From: the human T2T-CHM13v2.0 reference genome, Homo sapiens
Assembly: GCF_009914755.1 (NCBI RefSeq)
Contig: NC_060927.1
Length of the DNA: 64,000 nucleotides
Direction: 5' to 3' (one strand)
Made by a program: the position numbers and the translations under genes. Under the pieces are notes generated by a model that saw only the letters and a list, made by a program, of their open reading frames with translations, had not been told where the DNA came from and did no database searches. Position 1 is the stretch's first letter. Every line of letters begins with the position of its first letter. Shown here one piece after another: positions 41,828 through 55,400 of the stretch.

Positions 41828-44800
41828 CAGATTTCATGCCTTCTACCTTAACCTCCTTGAGATAACAACATTCATTTCTGATGTTTTCTGTGCTACAGGG
41901 TTCATGCCTTAACTGGGAGTTCAAGCTAATTCTTGATTTCTTTCTCAAAAGACGATTTAAATATAAGGCAAAAAAAAAAAAAAAAATTTCCGATACTGTA
42001 ACTACCTTAACTGTTTGAGTATATAGAAATGAGTATGTTTTATGAGTTAACAATGAATCATAGAAGGCAATTTATGAAGAACTAGAATGATTCTGTCTAG
42101 CTGCCTTCAGGGATCAGAAATTCAAATTAAACTTCTGGCAGACATTTAAAGAATGCTAGCATACAAAACTGAATTTAAAAAAACGCACACAGTTAACACT
42201 CCTCAGTGGAGTTTCAAGAGGAAATCATGAATTAAAAAAACACACGGCATGATACACTGTTGACTGATACCAACTGGGTGTGGTCGATCCCAGGTGCACC
42301 CAAACCTGCGGGAATGGCAGAAATACAGCTGTGCTTGGGCCATCACAGCTCTGCTAGTATGGGCCTGCTGCTACCTTAATACCAGCAACTGGGAAAACGG
42401 TGTTAGCACTAACAACTGCTGCTAAAAGCCCATACACACTGCTGTGTAAATTCTGCCTGATACGGTTTTTTCTTCAAAATGACTCTCTATCATCTGAATG
42501 CTGAAAGACTATTAAAATAATATGCCATATTATTTCCTTTAACGCCCAATGGGGAAACGTAGATGATGGGAAGGGAAAAATCTAAAAAGCAAACAAACAA
42601 ATAAAAACACTCAGAGAAACAATACTTATTTCTAATCTAGGAGACAATTGAAGGAATTGGGTGGGAGGGGAGAAGACACAATATAAATACTGAAAATAAC
42701 ATGTTATCATTTTCTTCTCTCTTCAGTTTACACTCCAGTCAACTACAAGTAAATACTACCTAGTACACATACACATAAATTTTGCACGTTGGGTATCATC
42801 TCATAATTACTGTGTATACAAATAATAAAAAGAGAAGATAAAAAATGCTAAACACTGTTTCATTTTTATTAATTTGGTTAATAATTTAGAAACTCTTTTT
42901 ACCCTCTGATCATTCACCACATGTATGTCCCAGGAAATTCACTTCCGTTCTAGCCTTCAGGCTGTATTTGGGTGATAACTGACCAGGTTTGGCAGTGTCA
43001 CCTGGTTAATCAAATAGCAGGAGCAAAACAAATTAAATTAGAAGGCTCCAGAATGTCACAACAAAACCAAACAGAGAAAATAGCTCCATTAAAAGAGAGA
43101 GAGGAGAAAAAAAAAAAAAAACTATGCCAAGTTTTTTATGACCATATACAAGCTAGCCTGTATAGAAGAAAATTAAACATCATCACCTCTGGCCCCCTGT
43201 GGAAAACAAGTTTTCATAATTAACAAGTCAATGGATACAACAGATGTATTGGCAAACAGAAAAGTTAGAAAGCTTCTATTTCTCCATGGTATTAAAAAAA
43301 CAAAACAAAATGAACCAACCAGGTACCATGCAAGTAACTATCATACAGGAAAGAAAACACACTTCTGATATAATATTTCGGTCTTAAAAAAATAAAAAAA
43401 AAAAAGCATGCTATTTATGTGGAAAGTAAAATTCTGTTTCATTATGGAATTCTGCTTTTTGTATAACTCCTTTAGGCTTAGCTATTTTGCCACAATACTG
43501 TACAAAGCACTAAGGCAGGTAATGGTTATTATATTAATGCAAAATCATCTAGGTAGTCAGTCATTAGCATAACAGTTCTCTCAGTAACAATACAACCAAC
43601 TATTAAAAATTTTTTTTCAAAAGACCTCTTTAAAATGCAATTAGCATTTCATTTTTTATCATTTTGTTTATTACATTCTATCAAGAAAGGCTATCTTTCT
43701 TTCACAAAAAAATTGTAAGGCCAAGGCTCGCCTGCCAATCAGGAGTTATTTCAGGTTATCAACCCTAATAAGCAATCTCCAGCAATGCTCTCCGAGCTCT
43801 TCTTTTTGTCTTTAAATTCTAAAAAGTGGCATAAATGCATATTTGTTTACAGCAGAGGTATTAGTGGAACATCAACTGCTCTCCTCTAACATTTCCCAGG
43901 CACACAAGGTTACTCCACTAAGTGCCAGTATAATTGTTTTAGCTCTAATAAATATCAGCTTCATTTGCATAAAAATGTAAAGTTTACATAAATTAAATCG
44001 CTTCTCCCATTAGCAATTGTTAAATACAGGAAACAATGGAAGCTACACATGAAAATAATCACTCAATAAGCACTGATTCTTTCAACCTAGCAACTATTAT
44101 TATTATTTAAATCAAGAAAATGCCTTCTCTTTCCTACTTCAACCACTTTCTCCTGTAGCTGGGATGGAAAACAATTTAGGGCATGTGAATTAAACATGCT
44201 AATGGCATTTTATATTAACAACAACAACAAAAATCATGTTTAAGTGCTGCAAATGGGAGGAGGGGAGGACTATTCCAAGAAGGTACCCCAGAAAAGATTC
44301 TATCCACAGATCTTTAGTTCTTAAAGGGAAAAGGAAGAGGCCTTGGCTAAATAAGTTCTCTTAAATTGAAGTATTACTCAAAAATAATGAAAGAGACAGC
44401 AACTGTTTCCATCCTACCTGAGACACATACATGATTAAAATAAATAAAAGATAACTTGTGGATACAGTTTTAGATCAACAGTTACTGTTAAATGAAGAAA
44501 AACATAATGTCTATCTTCTGTCTAAAGAAGATTTTTCTAACACTAAGAATTAAATTTGTAGCTCTGCTTTCTCATGATTTAATCAGCATAGAAAATTTCA
44601 TAGGGAGCTTAACTGCAAATATGTATTTTTTTTCCCATATTACTGAAAGGGAGAAGGGACTATAATTGAATTTCAACACATAGGTAGGCCAAAATTAGAC
44701 CATTTCCGAAGTTTTATAAGGCCTTACTTAGGGTGCAATCACTCTTTAGAAAGAATTACAACTCAACTTTCTCAAATTGTAGTTTCTCATGCCTATTTCC

Positions 44801-47800
44801 AACACCTTCACCTTATACATCACAGTTAAGCTAAAGGGTGCAAATGAGATTCTAATGAGAAAACATCACTTGCTTCTTTGACAATCTCACCATTCACTGA
44901 TTTATTTATAATGAAGACAAAGCCCAACCAAAAGCTTCCCATAAGTTAAAGGTCAAAATATGTTCAAAAATGCCTAGTAAAATCAAGGCAAATGGGAAAC
45001 CCGTGCAGACCCGCCTCATGAAGTGGTGTGACAATTAGAGTAATTGTACAAAAAGCCATCTTCAGGAAAAAGTAAAAGAAATTAAGCTGCCACAACTGTA
45101 ACAGGTTAGATGAAAAAAATCAAAATTTAATGTATTCTCCCCTGTGTCATCTTGTTTTGTCAAGACATCAAATAGAATTGGGAAGTACAAAATAACAAGC
45201 CCTTGAGAAATCACAGAAGCCGACCTTTTTGATGTTGTTGATTTACCTTGTTCTCAGTTATTTGAACAATGATGTTTCAGATTTAAGGGCAAGATAAAGC
45301 TTAGAAATTAAAACATGATACCAAGGTATTCTAAAAAGCTCACCATAACATTTAGCCTGCATCTTCATTGATTAGTTGCTTTTAACCGGATTTGAAAATG
45401 AGGCACAATGTATGTGTTCAGTATTCATTTTTCTCATTCGAAATTAATTTCTCCTCAAACAACTCACAGGTTGGAAGAGGGACTCAATGAAGAGCATTCC
45501 TACAATCCAAAAGTAGAGGCCCAGATTAGCTCTTCTCAGATAATTCAAGTCTCCACAATCTGCAAAGGCTTGTTTAGCTAAGAGATACCTGAGTTTTCTT
45601 TTTTAAACGAAAGAAAATAAGGCTGAATGCAAAATGTCACTTGGTGGGGGTGGGAGGGAAGTATTGCACGCTCTGAAAGGACTAAAACAAGAGTCCAGAA
45701 ATACGCTGCTTCCAAGAAAACAAACCTTTTATCAAACAACAAATTTAGCTTACAGTGTTAAGACTATCCCCAAATCTAGCCATACAGATACACATAAAGC
45801 TACCCTTTTGCCCCAAGAGAGCTACAGCTCATCACCAATGTAACTTGCAGTCTTACATGAAATGTTACGTGCAAAGATACATGAAATCAAGCTATCACAA
45901 GACAGCATTCTCAACTTTTTTATGTAGGCAGTTCCTTCTACTCAAGCATATATATAAATCAAAAACTGCAGCAGTTAAAACTATCTATTTGAGGCACTAA
46001 AAGTAACCTAATATTTGCAAGCGTTATAATTTATTATACCTTGACAGTTAATAAAGCTGTTTAATAATTCCTTGTCACTGAATGCATATTTTAAAATGTA
46101 ACACACATATAGACACAATTTATGTATTTATTTACTCTAACCTTCTCGATCAACTGTTGCTACATTATCCCTTGTTTGCAAATCAAGGAATGATGAACTA
46201 CCTGAAGTGGAATCTAACTGACCACTACATTTGCCTAGTTACCAAGAACATGGTTTTCAGGTTCTCTTTAGTGATGTTCATCTACAACTAAACCACATAA
46301 TAAAATAAATTCCTCCAACCTTCGTTTTTGCCAATTCAAATTTTACTCAAATGTTAGTACAGACTGAGAAGCTAGTCACAACATTCTCTCCTGATTGTCT
46401 CAGAAACATAGTAACTCAAACAACGTTTCTGCCACATTAACCAAGACAAACCTGAACTTTCATTGTTTTTAATTAATCTAGATTTTAATTTCACCGTATC
46501 TTCCAATTGTGTGGAGGTTGGCTGAAAAGTTGTAGAACTGGTCAGTGTCATAAAAGAGTTTATCTTTCAAGTGACAGGTCCTGACAACGTGTAAATGCAA
46601 GGCAGTGACGGTGAGGGTTTTGTTTTTTAAGGTACATTAAACTACAAACAACAAAAAAAAATTCAACCATTCCTATCATAAGCTTTCTGATGATTTATGG
46701 TTTACCAACTGAGCAGGGTTACGCAACACTGCATGCCTTTAGATGCATTATTTCAGCTAGTTGAGATTTAATTAAGATCACAGCCTCTAAAATCCCTGTC
46801 AAATGAAAATTCAGAGAAGACAATACACTATATATCCTCGTGCAGAATGTTTCCATTCCATCCCTGGAAAAATATGAGTTAATCCGCGTTTCTATGGCTG
46901 CAGACAAAAGTTCGCTAATTTTGTTTTCTTTTGACACTTAGGTTGTTTTCTATTACATGTCATGAGATCATTCCCTTCCAGAGAAAGAAGAAAAAAATCG
47001 AGAGTGATACATGTTGCAGAAAATGCACTTGACATTATTAGCCGACATTATCATAGCTTAGCCATGATGCCATCACATTTTCATGTAATCAACCCATGCT
47101 TACAAGTTTCCTTTAATAAAATGTTTAATAACACAACACAAACAGAAAGCCTACCTTACCTAAATTACTCGGATTAGATAATTGACATGTTATACCTCTC
47201 ATTTCCTTAACTAACCAACTTTTCGTCAGACAAGCTGCACATTTGGGCAGGAAACAAAGTTCTTAAGGCAAACGGGTGAATATAAAGCCCATTACTTTCC
47301 TTCTATAAGTCGTTCTTAGGGTTAAAAAATAATCCTCAATAGATTTCTTTCTTAGACGCTGGTATTGACCCATACTATTTTTTTAAAGAAAAAAATGTAT
47401 TACTATGTGCCCCTTTACCTAGTCAAATGTATTTTTATTTGCATCTTCTTAATATTTGGTTGCTTATCTCATGCCTTAGAAATGACAGGTGCTTGCAGTC
47501 TCACTCTTGACAGGCAACTACACAAATAACTGTCTTGCCTGAAAGGGCTAATGCAGTACTAATGAACAATAAATCAACTTTGATTATCAAGTGTCAGCCG
47601 AATGCGTTCTCAGTTCAGCTCTATCACATCCTACAGTAAGTCAGCCAGTGTCTCTGGGTAGGCAGTCTGTATTTTGGTTTCATTTTTACACACTTTTCAC
47701 TGAAATGTGTCAGGCAGCTACAAAGAATCACATAAAACAGATATAGACCTTTTCTCAATTTATGCACAGGGCATCAATTAGGACAACGTGCTTCTGTCTT

Positions 47801-49324
47801 CAATTGATTTACTTAGTGGTCAATCTTAATAACCAAGGAAGCTTTGTATTCTTTTAAACAACAGTAACAGCAACACACACACATCAAACCCTAAACTAGA
47901 ATCTTAATGTGATCATGTTCCAGCTCTTTGGCAGTGACATGCTAGCTTGCGCTCTTTACCACATAAACCACCTCTGATTGCATCTATACATTCCTCTTGG
48001 AAAACTCGTTATATAAAAACAAAAACAGCAAAACAGGGCCGCTTTTAAAATAAAAATGCCACTTGCTTTAAACTTTAAAAAATCTGGCTTAACACTGACT
48101 TCCTAATGATAAAATAAATGTAACTTATTTTTTTTCTTAAGCAGATTAGTCATTGATAGTATGATTCACATTTCCTGTTATCAGGCTTAATTTTTCCCCC
48201 ACATGTGTCACTTTTAGAATGCTGGAATCTATGGAAATGAGGTGATTTGCATTTTAAAATTGGTTTGATTAGAACATTTGGTTTGTTTGGACAAAAATAT
48301 AAAATTACTAGATATTTTACTTGTAACTGCCAGGACTTGAAGGAGTTAATCCCAAAGAGGAAGAGTCTATATGTACTTTGCTCTAAAACTTTACCACCCA
48401 CTTCCTAAAGGTCCTCTCCTTCCCAACACCGTACTTGGGGAGGAGAGGGGTAAAAAGTCCCGTTTCCACTGACCGTCCTTCATGCAGTTCTGACAGTTGA
48501 GTTAGCTACATTCAGAGCCGGTTCAGCTGGGAGTACCCCGTGGCAATTCCTCAGTCTGCTGCACGTCCAAACCCAAACCCCGCTCACTACTTAATTAACC
48601 AGCCAAGTAATGCAACAGAGGCTTAGAATCCCCAACCTGCCAGAGTGTTCCATTCGCTCGCTCGCCTGCTCCGGTGTGGGGCTCTGTGCCTCTCCCTCCC
48701 CCTTTACTGTGTGTGAACTCGTCGAATTTGAACAGCTAAGCTGAAAATAGCCTAGACAGATATAGAAACAAACTATCAGAAGCAAAGAAACATCCACATG
48801 GGTTACACTGAGATGGAAGGCTCCTTGTATATTTCACACGCTCTGAAAGTGACAGAAATCACACCCCAGATACGTCCCCCGAACGGAGTGATGGCGAGGG
48901 CTTCACCAAAGTGGCTGCGTGAAGGCCAGACCGGCAGAAAATGAATCGCAAACGAAAAAGAGAGAGAGAGAAACACACAAGCAGGACTTCCTCCAACTCT
49001 CAACTACACCCCACCCATGAACATTTAAAAAAAGAGAGCGAGAGTGTGAGCCAAAGAGCAAGGGGGGTGGGGGGGTATCTCTCTCCAGGACCCACAGGCC
49101 TGCAGCTCCTTTTTCTTGCCCCTCCACTCCCTCCCCGCCTCCACTTCCAGAGCGCAACTCCTACCCAACTTGGTAAACAGCGAGGATGAGGATGATTTTT
49201 TAAAAGACTCAACTTCAGAACCCTCGGGCTCTCCTGCCTTCCCCAGCGAGGCCCCCAGGAAGCGGGCGCCGCGGAGCCGGGGGAAGGAGAGCGAAACCGG
49301 CAAAGATCAATCAGAAGGACCAAC

Positions 49325-49420
49325 CTGACACTCTCCATGTAGCCGCCAGGCGCGCGGAGCCGGGCTCGGGGCGCCCGCGCGGGCCGGGCGTGGGGTCCGG
49401 CGGCCTCGGCGTGCAGGCGG
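49325..49420 (-). other. FOXP1: Candidate alternative first exon of FOXP1 (5' end approximate)
   Basis: Good donor TGTCAG|GTTGGT (GT at 49324-49323) just downstream of the CCAAT/GC-box cluster. The TSS is inferred ~80 bp from the CCAAT box, not observed. Confidence 0.65.
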
Positions 49421-49526
49421 ACTGCACGCGCGCAGGGGCGCTCCGGCTCGCGGGCTGACAAGACGCGCCGCGCCGCGCCCACCCGCCCCGCCCTGCTCCA
49501 CCAATCACAACCCGCCTCTAAACACC

Positions 49527-49553
49527 CCGCGCCGCGCCGCGCCGCGCCGCGCC
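49527..49553. repeat. (CCGCG)5 pentanucleotide repeat in the internal promoter
   Basis: Direct reading; a shorter copy lies at 49464-49479. Confidence 0.9.
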
Positions 49554-51334
49554 CCACACAATGGGCTCCGCGGCCCGCGCCCCGCGCCCGCGCGCCCCGG
49601 CCCCCTCCGCGCGGCAGGTGAAATCACGCTCGGGTGCCACCCTGCTTTTGTCTGGAGAGCAACTCCACTTAATAGCTGTTAACCCGGTGACCCGCCTCCG
49701 GCTGACGTCTGGGTCGGCCGGGCTCGGCGCGCACCGCTCCCTCTGGCCGGGGCTCTGCGGGGCCGGGGCTGCCGGCGGGGCGGCGTGTTTGTTTCGTCTT
49801 TGAGACTGACAAAGAGTTGTCCTAACCTTTCCGAGAAACCCGGGAGGCCGAAGAGGGGCACCCGGCGCTCGCGGCGCCAAGCCGACTGCTCCGAGCAACT
49901 GTTCGGCTTCGGGAGGGTACGCAGGTCTCCTAGGCAGCGCAGAAAAGCGCTTTTCCTCGAAAACCTCCCTGGGAGGAGAACTTTCGCTTCACGTCGGGGG
50001 TTTCACAGAGCCTTGGCCTCCCCACACCCCTTTCTTTCCCAGAGTCGGTCTCGCCAAAGTGTGCCAGTGCGCACCGAGGAAAACTAAGCCGACGCGGGGT
50101 GGAAATAAATAACAACCAAACGTGCCTCGTCGCTGAACCAGGCGACTTCCCCTCTAGAACGACAGCTGCCGAAGAAAGCATCTGCCACACGTTTGCTAAG
50201 AAATAATTCTTTAAATTCCTTTCTTATTTATACAACAATAGCAACAACAAAAGCTACTCTCAATAAGCACTTTAGGATGACCTTCTCTATTAGAAATAGT
50301 CACTGCTCTTTCAGGCTATTGAAAGCTGAGTATAGTGTTTTTTTAAAAAGTCAACAATGTGCTAAACTTTGTTGGCTCAACTGACACGACTTAAGCGTCA
50401 GGTTAATCTAGTCCATTTCGGCGACTCTAAAAAAATCACCTATTTACCACCTTCAAACTTGGAGAAAAACTTCCTGGCCTGTATATTTTTTAAAGACACA
50501 CACACAAAATCCCCACACACATTTTTATTCTTTTTCTCAAAATATTAGAGGAAAAGGAGTAGTGTGACATCAATGAATACCTATTTGCCTTCAAAAAAAA
50601 AAAAAAAAAAAGGCAACAAAATCTGACCCAGTAATCCCAGGAATTTTACTTGAAAGTACATTTTGATGTGAAGTGTATTAAATGCAGGTTACTACAGACC
50701 AGAAAGAATATTGGTAATATTTCCAATCAAGCAAATGCCTGAATTTCAACAGGGTCAGCGGGGAGCAGACAATTCCCTCTTTACTCTGGCTGTAAAAGAG
50801 ACAAGCGCGAAGTGACCATCAAAGTATGATCAGATGTTAAATGGGCACAGCGCAGATCGCTCTTCACCCTAAAGTGTTTTTGTGTCAGATACCAAATTTA
50901 TTAATGGGATTTTTTCAGGTCACAAAATGTGACCCCACCCTCTCATGAATATTCAACAGAGAACCAAGGGCTCTTTTGCGAGGTAGAAGGACCTTAAATC
51001 TGCCAGAAAGTCCCCCGACTATCAGTAGAGTTCTGACTCTTAAAGAGAAAAGGTGCTCTTTCCGGAGGGGCTGGCAGAGAGCCCCAACGGCAGGAAATAC
51101 AAATAAAGGAAGTGCTCTCCAACCAATGTACAGGGAGAAAGTGGAAAGAATCATTTCAAAACGCCTAAGTGACTTTCTTTTTCCCAAAGTATTAAAATTG
51201 AGTTTTAATGTTTATAAACAAAAACTGGGATGTACTTTGAATATGCAATGTGTTTTTATTTTAGAAACTAAGTTCTTCATGAGGCATCCATAAAACTCAT
51301 GCATGCTTTCAGAAGGTGGACTAACTCCTTAGCA

Positions 51335-51640
51335 GGTCAGTGTTTATCAGCTAATAGTCTGCAGGTGCATCAAAACAAACAATAAACAAGCAAACAACAT
51401 TACAGACGCTCATGACCCAGCTGTGGAGACAAGCCTTAAACAAAATAATTAGAGAGTGATGCAATGCAGTGCTTACTCAACTACTAAATTGCACGGTGGT
51501 GGCTGTAAGCACCATGGGACCACAAAGAAGGAGGAGATCACTAGGAGGAGGGGTCTGGGAAGGCCCACTGGGGAGGTGGCATTTAAAGGCTGATGGTTTG
51601 GGTAAGGGGGAGGTGACAAAAGAGAGAGGGAAATGGCTTG
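51335..51640 (-). mobile_element. L2 fragment
   Basis: ctcatga....tggagacaag, gggtctgggaaggc.cactggggaggtggcattt typical of antisense L2. Confidence 0.5.
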
Positions 51641-52114
51641 GCATACTAACTTAGAAGCCACCTGGAGCCCATCTCGCCCTGTCTCCAGACAGACAGATGA
51701 TATGGTGACTCAGAGACTACTTCTGGGCAAGGAAATGTCCCATCAGTGATAAACCTGGATAAACTACATATGCCCAGGCCACTTTGGTTAATTCTAAACT
51801 CCTGTGGTCCTGTGTACTTGCCCTGTATTTGGGATTCAGGAAGAACTGGAACTTCCATAAGTGGAATATAATATAAAATGTTAAAACCAATAGTAACTCA
51901 GAAGACTTCGTTAAAACCATTTATTAATCACTGTGAGCACCAGGTCATTTTAGAAAAGCTGAATAAGAAAGGCCAACAAAAAAATTTTGGATTGTGGGTG
52001 TTTTAACAGTCTCATGCAGTTGTCATAATCTGAACACAAATTCCAGCCCTCATTGTACAGAGGAGGAAACTGAGGCTTAGAAAAGCAAAGTGATTTCTCC
52101 CAAGAATTAAACAT

Positions 52115-52229
52115 GGCCAGGTGCAGTGGCTCATACTCATAATCCCAGCACTTTGGGAGGCCAAGGCAGGAAGACTGCTTTGAGGTTTGAGACCACCCTG
52201 GGCAACACAGTGGGACTCCGTCTCCAAAA

Positions 52230-52278
<49 letters not shown>

Positions 52279-52456
52279 TAGCCACGTGTGATGGTGCATG
52301 CCTATAGTCCCAACAACTTGGGAGACTGAGGTGGCAGGATCACTTGGAGACCAGAAGTTCAAGGCTGCAGCAAGCTGTGATCGCACCACTGCACTCCAGC
52401 CTAGGCAACAGAGCAAGAAACTGTCTTAAAAAATAAAAAATAAAATAAAAAAAAAA
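52115..52456 (+). mobile_element. Alu (AluJ-like) with an (AC)22 microsatellite in the middle linker (52232-52276), inserted in a MIR
   Basis: GGCCAGGTGCAGTGGCTCA head, two arms and A-rich tail; MIR core gaggaaactgaggctt just upstream. Confidence 0.93.
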
Positions 52457-55400
52457 TATATACTACAGGCTTCCAAGAGGAAGCAGATACTGGATAATTA
52501 TAAAAAAAAAAAGCCATAATAATATAAAATGAATACCTGTGGTGGGGGGGAGGGGATATCGAGGGGTAAGCCAACGTTTAAGGAAGAGTAAAGGAAATGC
52601 TAAATACCATACTTTAAAAATATTTTTGATGCCCACATCCTAACACCCACAACAGATACAGCTCTTGTTCAAACACCACATATTAAGAAACCTGTCAGTT
52701 GCTAAATGAGTCCATTGTGCAGCTGGCTGTGCACTTAAGAACAGATTACTATGATCCCACACCAAACTCTAACCACCAAATAACACACCTGGGACTAAAA
52801 TCATGTATTATATTTGGTTCTGCTGAGCCTTAGCTTTGAACACAGAAGAAAGTGAAAGGTTTTACTGCCCATTCAGAGCTGAGAATGGAGATAAGATGTA
52901 TTAAAGGAAGAGTCAGGAGGAGCGTCTCCTCAGGACATTATTCCATACACTGATGAATGGCCCTGTGGTGAGGCAGATACAGCAATGGTCCCTGGCCCAC
53001 GTGGTCCTCAGTTCCAACGAAAGGCCTGCTTTGCCAGAAGCTGCTTGGAAATAACTAGAGAAAGGATACGAGCATGGGGTGAAAAATCAACTGTGTGATC
53101 AGAGGCCAAAACCTTAATTCAAGTTTGCTGTCTTCTTCTGAACAACACTTGTGTTAACACAACACACATTTTCTTTCCCCTTTCCAATTAATTTAATGGA
53201 GTATCCAGGACATATTCTGAAATGACAGAACTTAAAGAGATTCAACCAACTGATTCCAATTCCGGAGAGAGAAAGCTAAAGCAACAGGAATACAAAATGT
53301 AAGCCCAGTAACATGCCTGATGGCCTACTCAGGAAAGCGCGCCTCCCCAGAAGGAGGACTGCTTTAAGTATTTCTCCAAAGAATGGCAATGGGGCAGCCA
53401 ATTAGAGTTACTAAATTGCAACAGCAATGCCCCATTCCTGAGATCTGGGGATTTGTCTCCAAGGAACCACCATTCTGTCTTGATTTAAGCAGTGCTTTTA
53501 CTTAAAAATATAAATTAATACATCATCCATCTACAGGGAGCTAAGGCAGTTAGCTCCATATTGATATTGTTTATGTCACTGTTATGCGTATGTTGACAAT
53601 GAAGCTAATTATGTTGTTTTTCTTCTGTGCCTGCAAGTTTGGCCAAGGGAAAACACTGAGTTCTCACTGTTCCATAGGAGTTTAAATTCCCCTTAATGCA
53701 TCTTCCAAATTGCCATTTGCATTTTCATGTAATGCAACATTTTATAAAGCCATTGCTTCTGGTTAATTTGTATATACACAGTGTGACATGTCAACATTCA
53801 GGTGACTTGTAAGTATGATGAGCTATGGAAAACATCAACCTAAAAACAAATCCCTTACTCTAAAAGCATTCATAAGCATCAGAGGTAAACAAAATCATGA
53901 CAGAAAAGAAAAATGACAACATCCTTTCCTAACTCTGCATTTGACAGTAATAAATTACCCTCTCTCATTTATGATGAAACTATAATCCCCTGTTTTAACA
54001 TAATGTAAAATTTGTTAATGGACTGCTTCTGCCATGGGGTTAGAACAGATTACACTGAAGTGTGCAAAGTTCTTGAAAAGGTACATGTTTTGGGGCAGTA
54101 GAGCATGTCCCAAAGTGCTGTACCCTTCAGATATCGGGGGGAAAACATCACTGCCACCACCACCACCAAGTGTAATTTGTTATTTCCCTCCCGAAGAGTG
54201 ACAGTATTTTTGGCCCACCCACAGGCAAACCCTCGATTTTTAAGCATAACCAGAAATGGGGCACTGAAGGGGAAAGAAAAGACGGCTCTTGGGGAATGAA
54301 ATTACATTTTAATTTTTTTAACGTTTACTTATGTAGAAATCGCTGAATATCAGATAAAGGCAACTGACCACCTTTATTTAGTACAGTCAGCTTTTCCAGA
54401 GATCTGTGGTGTGCAGCAGGCCTGCAAAGAGGCAAAGGGAGCGTGTCCCATCCTGCCCTCAGAACAATGCTCACACATCTTCCTCCCATGCAACACCACC
54501 CTCCTCTGACCCTAGGTTGACACACCCTCATGTCAAAACCTTCTTTACGCCTGCCCTCTGCTGGCAAGCCTGCCAGGATTAGGAAATTTTGACTACTTCA
54601 ACTTATTCAAAAGACAACTTTTAAAGCCAGACAGAGAAAGGACATGTAATGAACTATTAACTGGAATATATAAATTAAGACATTTAAACAAAATGGGGGG
54701 AGAAAGGGGGACACCCCTAGTGAAATATGGCACTTTTAATGTAAAAATGCACATTCGTCTACTCTATTGCCTCCTCGCTCACAGCAGGGGAGTGCCAAAC
54801 TCGATATTTTAGCTCACCTAAGAGAACAACCTGTATTACTGTTGGGCATCTTGCCTTCTTTTGCTCACTCTCCGGGGAGAGCATGTCGGCGCATTTTCAA
54901 TAAAACACCTTCTTAGCAGTAATGGGCCACTGTTCCCATTTCAGTGGTCCCTAAGGTTTCACGATACAGTATATTTGGCTGACTCGCAGTTCGAGTTTTC
55001 TTCTGGCATTCCTAAGATCCAAAAAACGGAAGAGAAAAAGCAAAAGAAGAGTACTTGCTTATCCTTTGTTTCAGTAAGAAAACAGTCAACTTTGAGACTG
55101 ATTAGCTGGTAGGACTTACACAAAACAAGGGCACTCTCGGGCCCTCTCCCCTGCTACGGGAACCCTCCGCGCACGTGTGGGCCAGACTCCCAGCTGAAGG
55201 AGGGCTCTGGGCATTAGGGGGTAAATTTCTGCAGCAGCGTGCTGGGGTTTAACAGTGCAACTCCTGTCAGTGTCAATGGGAAGCACAAGGCCTGTACAAA
55301 TCCCTGCATACCATTTCAAAAATATATCTCCAAGACGGGAAAATGAAGCTTAGCAGTTGCAACCTCAAAAGCATTCAGGAAGTAGCACTCTTGACAGCGC

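Larger units (their letters stand above)
49250..50190. promoter_or_regulatory. FOXP1: Intragenic CpG island / internal FOXP1 promoter
   Basis: Very high GC and CpG density in an AT-rich background. CCAAT box at 49501-49505, GC boxes around 49482-49516, CRE-like TGACGTCT at ~49704, forkhead-like TGTTTGTTT at ~49786. Internal FOXP1 promoters upstream of exon 8 are established. Confidence 0.9.

Noticed and set aside
49000-50190. Long Arg/Ala/Pro/Gly-rich ORFs (up to 185 aa) over the CpG island
   Set aside because: Stop-codon scarcity in GC-rich DNA explains them, and they have no recognisable domain. Only the spliced MESV start is pursued.
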